From positions 91,595 through 155,594 of the forward strand of contig NIVC01001839.1 of assembly GCA_002269645.1 (NCBI GenBank): a DNA stretch of 64,000 nt, in the 5' to 3' direction. Positions 1 through 11,809 of the stretch are shown one piece after another. The stretch is from Macrostomum lignano. Lineage: Eukaryota. Made by a program: the position numbers and the translations under genes. Under the pieces are notes generated by a model that was not told the origin of the DNA, ran no database searches, and was given only the letters and a program-made list of their open reading frames with translations. Numbering within the stretch: the stretch's first letter is position 1; every line of letters starts with the position of its first letter.

Positions 1-1240
1 TGAGTCACGAGCGCATCACGTGAGTTGCAGATCGTTAAAGAGTCACGCAAAGAAGTCGTTCCAGATTCCATGAGTGTTAGCGGCTTAACTTTTTACTAAC
101 TCAAGTTAGTAATTCCATGAGTGACTCAAGTCACGTGAGGCATCACGTGAGTTGCAGAATCGTTAAAGAGATCCCGAAAGAAGTCGTTCCAGATTCCATG
201 AGTGTTAGCGCTTAACTTTTTACTAACTCAAGTAGTAATTCTCATGAGTGACTCAAGTCACGTGAGCGCATCACGTGAGTTGCAGAATCGTTAAAGAGTC
301 ACGAAAGAAGTCGTTCCAGATTCTATGAGTGTTAGCGCTTAACTTTTTACTAACTCAAGTTAGTAATTCCATGAGTGACTCAAGTCACGTGAGCGCATCA
401 CGTGAGTTGCAGAATCGTTAAAGAGTCACGAAAGAAGTCGTTCCAGATTCCATGAGTGTTAGCGCTTAACTTTTTACTAACTCAAGTAGTAATTCCATGA
501 GTGACTCAAGTCACGTGAGCGCATCACGTGAGTTGCAGAATCGTTAGAGTCACGAAAGAAGTCGTTCCAGATTCCATGAGTGTTAGCGCTTAACTTTTTA
601 CTAACTCAAGGTAGTAATTCCATGAGTGACTCAAGTCACGTGAGCGCATCACGTGAGTTGCAGAATCGTTAGAGTCACGAAAGAAGTCGTTCCAGATTCC
701 ATGAGTGTTAGCGCTTAACTTTTTACTAACTCAAGTTAGTAATTCCATGAGTGACTCAAGTCACGTGAGCGCATCACGTGAGTTGCAGAATCGTTAGAGT
801 CACGAAAGAAGTCGTTCCAGATTCCATGAGTGTTAGCGCTTAACTTTTTACTAACTCAAGTTAGTAATTCCATGAGTGACTCAAGTCACGTGAGCGCATC
901 ACGTGAGTTGCAGAATCGTTAGAGTCACGAAAGAAGTCGTTCCAGATTCCATGAGTGTTAGCGCTTAACTTTTTACTAACTCAAGTTAGTAATTCCATGA
1001 GTGACTCAAGTCACGTGAGCGCATCACGTGAGTTGCAGAATCGTTAAAGAGTCCCGAAAGAAGTCGTTCCAGATTCCATGAGTGTTAGCGCTTAACTTTT
1101 TACTAACTCAAGTTAGTAATTCCATGAGTGACTCAAGTCACGTGAGCGCATCACGTGAGTTGCAGAATCGTTAAAGAGTCACGAAAGAAGTCGTTCCAGA
1201 TTCCATGAGTGTTAGCGCTTAACTTTTTACTAACTCAAGG
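1..1240. repeat. Satellite array, 124-127-bp unit, about 10 copies
   Basis: GAGTCACGAAAGAAGTCG recurs at 296, 423, 547, 672, 797, 922, 1049 (variant) and 1176. The unit has internal duplications (TTCCATGAGTG x2, TCACGTGAG x2). Confidence 0.95.
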
Positions 1241-3705
1241 TAGGCTAATTTATAGAGTGACGCAGACGCGCTATAGACGCAACTCAGTGATTCTGCAGAG
1301 ACTTCAGCACGCCTCAGATAGGACTTTACGGCCCCAGAGTTGCAGACAATAATAAAACGCCTCAAATTGACTCTTAGGCGACTCCTTGACGACTTGTACC
1401 GTGGCATCTCCTTGTTTAGAGTCTTCTAGAGTCACTTCTTAAATATTTTACCTGTGTGACCTGCAATTGTGACTCTGAAACGCTTCTTGGCCTGGGTGAC
1501 GTTTTCATCGGAAGACAGTTTTTGTATGCCATACGCTTCGCCATAGTAATTTTTTAATATTAAATTTCAAAAAGTACTTATTGAATATCTGTCCTTTGTT
1601 ATATAACTTTTTGTTATCTTGTTTCAATTTTGTACATACGCTCATATAATAAATACTGTGTGTGCGTGTATCTGTGTTTCTGTTGTTAGTAGATTCTAAC
1701 TTTCAATTGGGAAGAATCGAGAATGTAGGAAAATACAATTGCACATCTATCTATTCAATTGCTATATTTGGAGTAAAATTAGAAAATCTCTTTTCCGTTT
1801 ATTACTAGTTGCGATCCTTCGCCAAGTTCATATAGAAAAATTTTTAGGCCAGTCAGTCTGTCTTATCGAGTTTAAAAGAAAAAATGTTTTATAAATTATA
1901 TAGAAAACTTATAAAAGCTTCACTACTAATCACACGCGAGTGTTTAAAAAATGGTCTTATTGTTTTAGTAAATATCTATTATCATTTTGCGTTTAATGAT
2001 GTATTGACGTTCAGAGCTACAATGGCACCATCATCTACTCGGGTGCTTGGAAAGTTCTGATACTTGATAACCCGGAGCAAAAACGAAAACATTCATCATA
2101 AATTAAGGGGTTTAGCTGCTGAAAAATAAAGAAAAATTGAATATGAATTGAAGGATAACTTTTGAAAAGAAGGAACCTGTTGGATTTTTCGTGACCTCGG
2201 GCAGAAAAGTAACTTGATAATCTTACTGGTAATCATTATAATCAATAATATTAACTGTAATAAGATTCGGCGGATATTAAAAAAAGGTTTACCTAACTAT
2301 TTTTTTGTTATTATCCACCCTAAAAAGATTTTCACTCCTAGAAATTATCTAGAGCCTGAGCAAACAAGCTCTATGCTCAATTTTTACTTACAATAATCAG
2401 TTCGATTCCCGTCGAATAGTGCAAACTTCTATTTGACTTGCTCTTGGTATAATATTCCAAAACGCATCTCGACTGCGTTGCAAATATATGGAGCAGAAAC
2501 TTCTACCGCAAATGCCAAATATTCATTAATATTTGCTCTGCAATTATCTCTTTTGCTTTGCCCTTATCCTCTGTTGTCGATTTCTTTTTCTTTAAACTTT
2601 CTAAGCAATCGTATACAGAGCGATCGCTTCTATACCACATTCTTCACCAGAGATCTCGCTTCTTTTTTATCTGCATTTCCTAAATTTACCTTTGGCTATA
2701 GACATTCAAGCAGTTATTGAAGAATTACGTATTCAATCGTATTCAAAGCTTGGCTCTTTGTCTTTGTCAAAATAACCAGTAATTCATTACCTTGATATAG
2801 AGATTATTGACCATTTCCCGCTATGGATATGCACAGGTAGGCCTTTAATCCGTTTCTAACCGACTGAATCGACCTATAAATCCGAGATTTGAGGCTCAGA
2901 TCGCAACCTTTTGACAGAATAAAAATTGCAATTTTTAAAATTACCAGCTGTTTGGCTTTCGAGAACGCTTTGAGCATCATTTCATTTATCTACCGGCGTA
3001 AAATGTCTTCGCTGGAGGCATTCTGAGATGATGATATCTCAACCGCTCGACTCGTAGCATTTGTTCATTTACTCGTAATTAAGACGCTCACATCAGTCCC
3101 TACGATTCCTTAATTATGCGGGTTGAGCTGTCAGCAGCCGAAATCTCTTCACTTAATATTTCATGTTCACGCGACTTTATTTGAGTTTTTTTCGTAATTA
3201 ATTCGTGCTGCCAGTTTTTCATTATTTATCATTTTTCGGTAGAATATTAAATCAGTTGAATTGAATTAATTCAATCATGCAGCTTGAAATTTTTTTTGCA
3301 TTCGATGACAGTTGTAATATCCTATTGTATATTGTCTGGGCATCAATGCATTTCATCAAGTAGGATTCCGAAAGTACAGATGGAATTCGTAGGTCGCTGA
3401 GGTTTGGACTAAAATGACAGGCAGGAATGAAGGGGCAGAGGAGGCACGAAGAGTATTTGCGGGGCTCAGATATGTGCCTGTCGTCAAAGCGTGTGCTTTG
3501 ACTGGTCGAATCAAAGCCTTTCATTTGGATTGAGGCTGACTTTCAGCCCTAATCAACTCGATTCTGTCCTCTCTGCTCTGCGACACGCAAAATCGGGAGA
3601 GAGAAAAACATAAGCAACGCTGACCATGTTTCTACCCAATTCATCAAAGTCTACTTTTCTGTCAATTCAATCTCTTTGGTGAGCAATGCTTTTTGACGTT
3701 GCATT

Positions 3706-3783
3706 GGCATGCAAATCGAATGGAACGAGATAGCATTTTATAACATTGTTGACTTACATGTGTTTCGAATCCCACCGCTGCCG
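3706..3783 (+). pseudogene. Possible degenerate tRNA-Leu relic; only the T-arm and acceptor 3' strand are recognisable
   Basis: 3764-3782 TTCGAATCCCACCGCTGCC matches the 3' end of metazoan tRNA-Leu(AAG/TAG) as I recall it. The 5' half cannot form a cloverleaf. Confidence 0.35.
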
Positions 3784-3960
3784 ATACAATTTTAAGTTTC
3801 AATCATTTCTGCCGTTGTATTTCCTATACTTTCATGCAAAGCTATAGGCTCACGATGCGTGGTAATTGACATTTTCTATTTTATCTTTCACAGTAGTTAG
3901 TTGCAAAGGTGCACCGTCCCGTTTCAGCTACGTTTTTGCCTTGGTTATTGGTTTTAGCCT

Positions 3961-4520
3961 ACTCATCATCTTTGTTGACCTCACTTAGACTCCAACTCTA
4001 GCTCATGTACGAGTGTATTCTCAGGCCATGGCTCATCATCTTTGTTGACCTCACTTAGACTCCAACTCCAGCTCATGTACGAGTGTATTCTCAGGCCATG
4101 GCTCATCATCTTTGTTGACCTCACTTAGACTCCAACTCCAGCTCATGTACGAGTGTATTCTCAGGCCATGGCTCATCATCTTTGTTGACCTCACTTAGAC
4201 TCCAACTCCAGCTCATGTACGAGTGTATTCTCAGGCCATGGCTCATCATCTTTGTTGACCTCACTTAGACTCCAACTCTAGCTCATGTACGAGTGTATTC
4301 TCAGGCCATGGCTCATCATCTTTGTTGACCTCACTTAGACTCCAACTCTAGCTCATGTACGAGTGTATTCTCAGGCCATGGCTCATCATCTTTGTTGACC
4401 TCACTTAGACTCCAACTCTAGCTCATGTACGAGTGTATTCTCAGGCCATGGCTCATCATCTTTGTTGACCTCACTTAGACTCCAACTCTAGCTCATCTAC
4501 GAGTATATTCTCAGGCCGTG
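3961..4520. repeat. Minisatellite, 70-bp unit, 8 copies
   Basis: GCTCATCATCTTTGTTGACC...TCAGGCCATG recurs every 70 bp from 3961 to 4451, nearly identical. Confidence 0.95.
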
Positions 4521-5481
4521 GTGCTCGGATAAAATGATCAATACACGACACCAAAACGATCTGGTGAAGAACAAATTATTTTTTGCGATGAGTGTGCAGT
4601 ATGCAATCCAGTTTTTTCAATTAAAATTATTGATGTCGATAGTGTTATAGTGTTATATTTTAAAAGTTATGATGCCGACATAACTATTGCAGTCGCCTTT
4701 TCGTGCAGTTCTGGTGCAGAAAATTTCAGGCATTAATAAATGTGAACATTGCGGTGCAGTCAGCCATATAGTGAAATATTTAAACTTCGATCGGTACGAT
4801 AGATAAACAAGTGGTTATAATATGTTGATCGCTTATAATTGGATTAATAGCGTAAAAAGAAACGAAAAAAACAGGAATAAAAAATAAAATACAGATTTTA
4901 ACCTACACAGTAAAGTATTCGTCTTAAATAAGTTAAAACTGCTTCTTTTTAATCCTGTTTATGTCTTTCAGCTCCCGTTAATTCTAGTTCGGTACTGTGA
5001 TGGGAAAGTTGAATTTTTCATACTTGTTCGCACGTGCCATCCGTTACATATTCTCTCGCAAAAGTTATGCATATTTCAAAAACTGAAACTTCAAGGAAAG
5101 TTACTAGCATTTAACAGACAACATAATTTGAAAAATTTAAATAGAATCATAAGCCTTACTACAAGGATAAAATACAGAAATAGTAAATATTTCATTCTTA
5201 CTTAGACACAAAGGTAATGGTTTGGTAGAAAAATTGTAAAATTCCGTTTCTCTCTTTGAGTCTAATTTTTTATATTGTAAAATAGTTTTAGTTATTATAA
5301 AGAAGCAAAGTTATGCAAAGTTCAAAGGTCCAAGGTAAAAGACTATCGAAACTTTCTACTGTTTGATCTTTAAAATATCGTAGCTAAAATTTTCATGTCA
5401 AGTTGTGCTTTCAGGGTTGATTAGGAAAATTAATTAAGTTGAGTCTTATCAACCCTCTCCACGATCTCCCCGATCCGAGCT

Positions 5482-6801
5482 TCAATACTCCTCGCACGAG
5501 TTGCTGTGAGCGTCGGATGCACTTCGGTTCGATCGTTCGTCTGGCTCCCCAGGTGAAGCTGGACTCTCCGAGCACACTTTGATGCTTTCCAGATGCACAC
5601 CGGCTGCTCTGCTTCTGTCCGCCAACGGAGCGCCGCCCTGTGCCGCATTGTTTGAGCCTGCAGGCGCGTCTTGAGCTGCGGTGTTAGCTGCGTTGGGCAC
5701 TTGCAATCCCATAGAAATAGCCAACGACCGCGCTTTTGCTGCCAGATGCGACAATCCGAATACCTCTTTGAATGCGTCTCTAAATTGCTTGCTCATAAAG
5801 CTGTACAGAAAGAAATTGATGGTATTGTTCACCAGGCCGATGGAGTTTAGTATGGCGCTGTAAGTTTGCAAGAAGCATTGGACGCCAGTAAGATTGAACG
5901 CGCTATCGGACAGTACGAGAATTAAACTCATGGGCACTTCATAGAGGATGTACAGCAGTAAAATGATCAGCAGAAAGCTAGTAGTGCGGCGGTGATCCCT
6001 GGACCGCTTCTCCTTCCGGCTAGATTTGCTGGCCTTCTGTTGCTCCTTGGTCAGCGGTGTGGCCGCATCTGGAGCCTCGGCTGCAGCGGCCGCTGCTGCT
6101 GTAGCGGTGCTTCTATTAGTGGACTTGACCAGTTTCTCTCGCCTCTTCTCAGCCTGTCGCAGACTGTAAATGATACAGAAACAGAAACCAGCCATGATGA
6201 GGCAAGGAGCCAGTTTCTGGGCGATGACGTTCAGCATTCGCACCTGGTACTGATAGGAATCGAGCATTTCAGCCTCGAACTTCACTACCACTGGACCCGT
6301 GTCGTTGCTAGTTGAATTCGACACATCTGTGGCGGGTACCCTGCGAAGTCTCAGAACGCTGGCGTACGGCAGAGTCACGATGATGTTGGCAAGGAAGGCC
6401 AGGCAGACCGCTAGTCGAGCTCTAGACAGACTAAACCACACCTTTGTGAGCGGCGAGGCGTAGAATCTCAAGTAGAAAAAACGGAACAAGGCTAATAGGA
6501 CGCCGCACCACAGAGCGAACGCGTGCATAACTAGCATGGCAACGTTGCATATCAGATAGACAATCTGACTGGCGTAGGACGTTTTCGGCAGGTGCGCCGC
6601 TGTGGTCACAAGAAACATGGACACCTTGCACAGGTCGCTGACCGCTATGCCCAGTAGAATCGAATTAGTTGGCGAGACCATTTTGCGTTTGCTAAATATG
6701 ACAATATTGCAGATGTTGAGCAGCAATGAGACTGAGCTGATAACCGGCACGCTGATGCGGTAGTATTTCTGCATCCATTCGCTCTCGTTGCAGTCGGTCA
6801 T
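5482..6801 (-). CDS. Class A (rhodopsin-like) peptide GPCR, myosuppressin/sex-peptide-receptor-like (Srw-type), 439 aa, no intron in the CDS
   Basis: Seven hydrophobic segments. Motifs SPTNSILLGIAVSDL (TM2), RTTSFLLIILLLYILYEVP (TM6) and NNTINFFLYSFMSKQFR (TM7/helix 8) fit the Dms-R/SPR-like group. The track start at 6933 is TTG. The likely true start is ATG 6801 (MTDCNES, with an N-glycosylation site), 11 nt after a TTTTCAG acceptor. Confidence 0.88.
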   Translation of the reverse strand: MTDCNESEWMQKYYRISVPVISSVSLLLNICNIVIFSKRKMVSPTNSILLGIAVSDLCKVSMFLVTTAAHLPKTSYASQIVYLICNVAMLVMHAFALWCGVLLALFRFFYLRFYASPLTKVWFSLSRARLAVCLAFLANIIVTLPYASVLRLRRVPATDVSNSTSNDTGPVVVKFEAEMLDSYQYQVRMLNVIAQKLAPCLIMAGFCFCIIYSLRQAEKRREKLVKSTNRSTATAAAAAAAEAPDAATPLTKEQQKASKSSRKEKRSRDHRRTTSFLLIILLLYILYEVPMSLILVLSDSAFNLTGVQCFLQTYSAILNSIGLVNNTINFFLYSFMSKQFRDAFKEVFGLSHLAAKARSLAISMGLQVPNAANTAAQDAPAGSNNAAQGGAPLADRSRAAGVHLESIKVCSESPASPGEPDERSNRSASDAHSNSCEEY

Positions 6802-7654
6802 CGCTGTCGAATCTGAAAAGGAATTTTCAGAAATTCGAGTTGCTCTGTAGTCAGGTATTAAAAGGTATATTAAACGATTAACAACCATCAACAGCTTCAT
6901 ATTATACTCATACAAAGAAGGATAAACTTCCAATTAAAGAGATTATGTCTCAGCAGGTGTACCCTGGTCTGCTATCTGAGTCGTTTACTGAAGTACCCCG
7001 ACAGATTCCGCTACGTCTTAATGAGTCTTTCTGCCGCTATCCGAGGCATTAAACAGGTATTAACACACACGTTTCTCGAATTGCACCTGCTGGAACTAAG
7101 AGCATTCGAGCGTATCTACTTCTCTTTCAATGCTTCCAGACAATCCCTGGAGACTTGTAGACACACATTTTTCAGCCTCTTATCGTTTCTACCCGCAGAA
7201 GAGTTTATGTACTTAGGGATAGAATTGCCGGTGTTCTGTTAAAGGCTTTGAGAGCAGCTAAAACACTCCTACTCGTAGTTTTGTGAGGAGCGACAGAATT
7301 TTGTGTGATCTTGAAAGCCTAAGCCCGTGCCTTTAATTTAACGCAATTTCAAGTTTCATAGCAGCCATTCAGCTGATTGTTTTTTTCGCCACTTACTTTC
7401 CAATGCGATCTCGTTATGTTAACGTGCAACATACCGATCGTGCAATTGCATGGATCAAGCAATTCAACTTTTCATCTTGCTGATAAGCAAAAAGCGAAAT
7501 AGCATCCTGCGCCAGTCCTCTGGAGAAATTAAAAATTTCCTAAGATATGCAAATCGAGGAGGCAAAAACTATTCTTTTGAAAATTTTCCTGTTACTTTTC
7601 TGACAGCTTAAGGCCTGATCTTATTCTATTAAATATATTCATATTTGCATATCA

Positions 7655-7668
7655 TATCTATCTATCTG

Positions 7669-7711
<43 letters not shown>

Positions 7712-7712
7712 G

Positions 7713-7789
<77 letters not shown>

Positions 7790-7896
7790 TCATCTATCAT
7801 CATCTATCTATCTATCTATCTATCTATCTATATATCTATCTATTCATCTATCATCATCTATCTATCTATCTATCTATCCATCTATCATCATCTATC
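7655..7896. repeat. (TCTA)n microsatellite
   Basis: Direct reading; explains the ORF at 7645-8271. Confidence 0.95.
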
Positions 7897-8562
7897 AAGG
7901 CCTCCGCAGCCAGCCAGTTCAAACGGGGACTTCTGTCCCACTGTGTCCGCGCTCTTTTCGTGAGTCGCAGTGGTGAAAGCGGGGAGAGCGACTGGGAGCT
8001 ATGTGATAAAGTAAAGAAACCAGGAAAAAAAGGTACACAGCAACAGGAAGCACTTTTTTACCTCGTCTTCCATCACGCAGCTTATCTATTTCAGTGGCAA
8101 ATGTCTGACTCGGGCGCATTCTTGCAGCGTTTATCATTCTCAGCTTTCAGCTTTGGAGCAGCCCCAGCCTCCCCTCTGACCCTACATGCCTCATCATATA
8201 AGCAGAGTAGAGTAGAGAGATATTTTAAACCCAGCAGCACTTCCGCGCAGTCAACAGAAAAACTTTTTTAGGAGTGCGGAATGAAAGTTTGGAAAAAAGA
8301 CGTGGAGGCGTATCTTGCAGCAAGCATTGTTTAGCGAAGTGAAAATGTGGACAAAAATGCATTTTACCTGACATATGCCTTAGCCTGAAAACAAGGCTGT
8401 AGATACAGGCACAAGTACAGATCTGCAGGTCGACTTGTGCACTACTGTAAATTACTTATTGTCGGTATCTTGCACAGGTGTTGGCTGTTGGATCTGAGTT
8501 TTACCTATAAGACTCAAGTGTCACCCCAGGTCTTCTGTAACAGTTTTGTCTCTTGTTAAGAT

Positions 8563-9543
8563 GTGTCACTTGTTAGACAGGATAGTGTCATCTGTTAGAC
8601 AGGATAGTGTCACCTGTTAGACAGGATAGTGTTACCTGTTAGACAGGATAGTGTCATATGTTAGACAGGATAGTGTCATCTGTTAGACAGGATAGTGTCA
8701 CCTGTTAGACAGGATAGTATCACCTGTTAGACAGGATAGTGTCACCTGTTAGACAGGATAGTGTCATCTGTTAGACAGGATAGTGTCACCTGTTAGACAG
8801 GATAGTGTCACCTGTTAGACAGGACAGTGTCACCTGTTAGACAGGATAGTGTTACCTTTTAGACAGGATAGTGTCACCTGTTAGACAGGACAGTGTCACC
8901 TGTTAGACAGGATAGTGTCACCTGTTAGACGGATAGTGTCATCTGTTAGACAGGATAGTGTCACCTGTTAGACAGGACAGTGTCACCTGTTAGACAGGAT
9001 AGTGTTACCTTTTAGACAGGATAGTGTCACCTGTTAGACAGGACAGTGTCACCTGTTAGACAGGATAGTGTCACCTGTTAGACAGGATAGTGTCACCTGT
9101 TAGACAGGATAGTGTTACCTGTTAGACAGGATAGTGTTACCTGTTAGACAGGATAGTGTCATCTGTTAGACAGGATAGAGTCACCTGTTAGACAGGATAG
9201 TGTCACCTGTTAGACAGGATAGTGTCACCTTTTAGACAGGATAGTGTCACCTGTTAGACAGGATAGTGTCATCTGTTAGACAGGATAGAGTCACCTGTTA
9301 GACAGGATAGTGTCACCTGTTAGACAGGACAGTGTCACCTGTTAGACAGGATAGTGTCACCTGTTAGACAGGACAGTGTCACCTGTTAGACAGGATAGTG
9401 TCACCTTTTAGACAGGATAGTGTCACCTGTTAGACAGGATAGTGTCATCTGTTAGACAGGATAGTGTCACCTGTTAGACAGGATAGTGTCACCTGTTAGA
9501 CAGGATAGTGTCACCTGTTAGACAGGATAGTGTCACCTGTTAG
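8563..9543. repeat. 22-bp minisatellite TTAGACAGGATAGTGTCACCTG, array 1, about 44 copies
   Basis: Direct reading; same unit as the arrays at 46875 and 51544. Confidence 0.95.
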
Positions 9544-9748
9544 ATTTCCTGCGTTTTGTTTTGCCTTAACTGTAAACTGACTAATAGTCGAACTTCTATT
9601 AGCTTTTGGCTGCACTCGTAAATGTAGATTGTAAAAGGTTAAAATTCTTGGATGTGGACTTGGAGTGTTTGGACTATAATGATTAGTCTTTTGTTTCAGA
9701 AATACTGGTTTCGTATATTGGCCACTTTATCTTCGATCGAGCTTTAAC

Positions 9749-9921
<173 letters not shown>

Positions 9922-10369
9922 CAATCGTCGGTTTTGGGAAGGCGTGCCGTGCCGCAAGCTGATGATGGGTAGCATATACCAAAGCCATTTATTAGTCGAT
10001 AAGCTGTGTTTGGAGCCGCTAAATCCTTCTTGGGATTATCTTCATATCAGGGAGAAACATGCAAATCTTTCTTGTTTCTCCTTTTGTCCCTGGCCAGCTT
10101 TTGGAAACTCATTAACCGCTTGTCTGTTACAGTCGGATTAGTGTTAGACCTTTCTTTTTTGGCTTTGTTTAATGCTGCCGCCGCGGCTTTGGGTGCCGAC
10201 TTGAAAGGGGATTTGGAGCGACTGAAGCATGGAAGATTTTCAGATAAAAAATTAGGGATAGAATGGTGATTGACTTTAGATGCACTAAATTAAAAGGTGT
10301 GTACGGTTGGGTGGTTTGTGAGTGAGCGCGAGTGCAGAGGAAGAAAAAGGTAAAGGAATAGGAAGGAAT

Positions 10370-11525
10370 AGGAGGGTAGAGGAAACGGGGTATTGGGGTA
10401 AAGAGATACGGGAGGTAGAGAGGAATGGGTATTGGGATAGAGACACACTGGGGTAGAGAGGGAGGGGTATTAGGATAGAGACACACTGGGGTAGAGAGGG
10501 AGGGGTATTGGGATAGAGACACACTGGGGTAGAGAGGGAGGGGTATTGGGATAGAGACACACTGGGGTAAGAGAGGGAGGGGTATTGGGATAGAGACACA
10601 CTGGGGTAGAGAGAAAGGGGTATTGGGATAAAGACACACTGGGGTAGAGAGAAAGGGGTATTGGGATAGAGACACACTGGGGTAGAGAGGGAGGGGTATT
10701 AGGATAGAGACACACTGGGGTAGAGAGGGAGGGGTATTGGGATAGAGACACACTGGGGTAGAGAGGGAGGGGTATTGGGATAGAGACACACTGGGGTAAG
10801 AGAGGGAGGGGTATTGGGATAGAGACACACTGGGGTAGAGAGAAAGGGGTATTGGGATAAAGACACACTGGGGTAGAGAGGGAGGGGTATTGGGATAGAG
10901 ACACACTGGGGTAGAGAGGAATGGGTATTGGGGTAGAGACACACTGGGGTAGAGAGGAAGGGGTATTGGGATAGAGACACACTGGGGTAGAGAGGAAGGG
11001 GTATTGGGATAGCGACACACTGGGGTAGAGAGGGAGGGGTATTGGGATAGAGACACACTGGGGTAGAGAGGGAGGGGTATTGGGATAGAGACACACTGGG
11101 GTAGAGAGAAAGGGGTATTGGGATAGAGACACACTGGGGTAGAGAGGGAGGGGTATTGGGATAGAGACACACTGGGGTAGAGAGGAAGGGGTATTGGGAT
11201 AGCGACACACTGGGGTAGAGAGGGAGGGGTATTGGGATAGAGACACACTGGGGTAGAGAGAAAGGGGTATTGGGATAGAGACACACTGGGGTAGAGAGGG
11301 AGGGGTATTGGGATAGCGACACACTGGGGTAGAGAGGGAGGGGTATTGGGATAGAGACACACTGGGGTAGAGAGAAAGGGGTATTGGGATAGAGACACAC
11401 TGGGATAGAGAGGGAGGGGTATTGGGATAGACACACTGGGGTAGAGAGGAAGGGGTATTGGGATAGACACACTGGGGTAGAGAGGAAGGAGTATTTCGAT
11501 AGAGACATACTGTGATAGAGAGATA
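10370..11525. repeat. G-rich minisatellite, 38-bp unit AGGGGTATTGGGATAGAGACACACTGGGGTAGAGAGGG, about 30 copies
   Basis: Period 38 (e.g. 10501 and 10539); four G-runs per unit. Confidence 0.95.
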
Positions 11526-11809
11526 CAGGGGTAGCAAGGAAGGGCCACTAGGGCAAAGGGTACAAAGGGTTACCATTAGATATTTATAAAGGGGCCACAG
11601 AAGCGTGTTGCACATAGAATAAGCTCAGACTTCAGGTTTAGAGAGGCAAAAGTCACTGTAAAGTACACAATGCGAACGAAATATTGTTGAGGACTTCTAG
11701 CAATTCAAGAACAGTTCTGGAAAAAGTAATTCCTTCTAATTATCTTTCTTGACCCTACGCACGTGACCTTGCATTGTCCTCATTGATTTTTGCACTGTAA
11801 GAAATCAAC

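Noticed and set aside
3961-4520. Regular 70-bp repeats (and the 22-43-bp arrays) as CRISPR arrays
   Set aside because: Copies are head-to-tail with no unique spacers, there are no cas genes, and the context is eukaryotic.
6802-6933. N-terminal 44-aa extension of the GPCR in the ORF track
   Set aside because: It starts at TTG in AT-rich intron-like sequence upstream of a good acceptor at 6812/6813.
8418-8441. AGATCTGCAGGTCGAC resembling a cloning polylinker
   Set aside because: The match is short with no other vector sequence nearby; probably chance.
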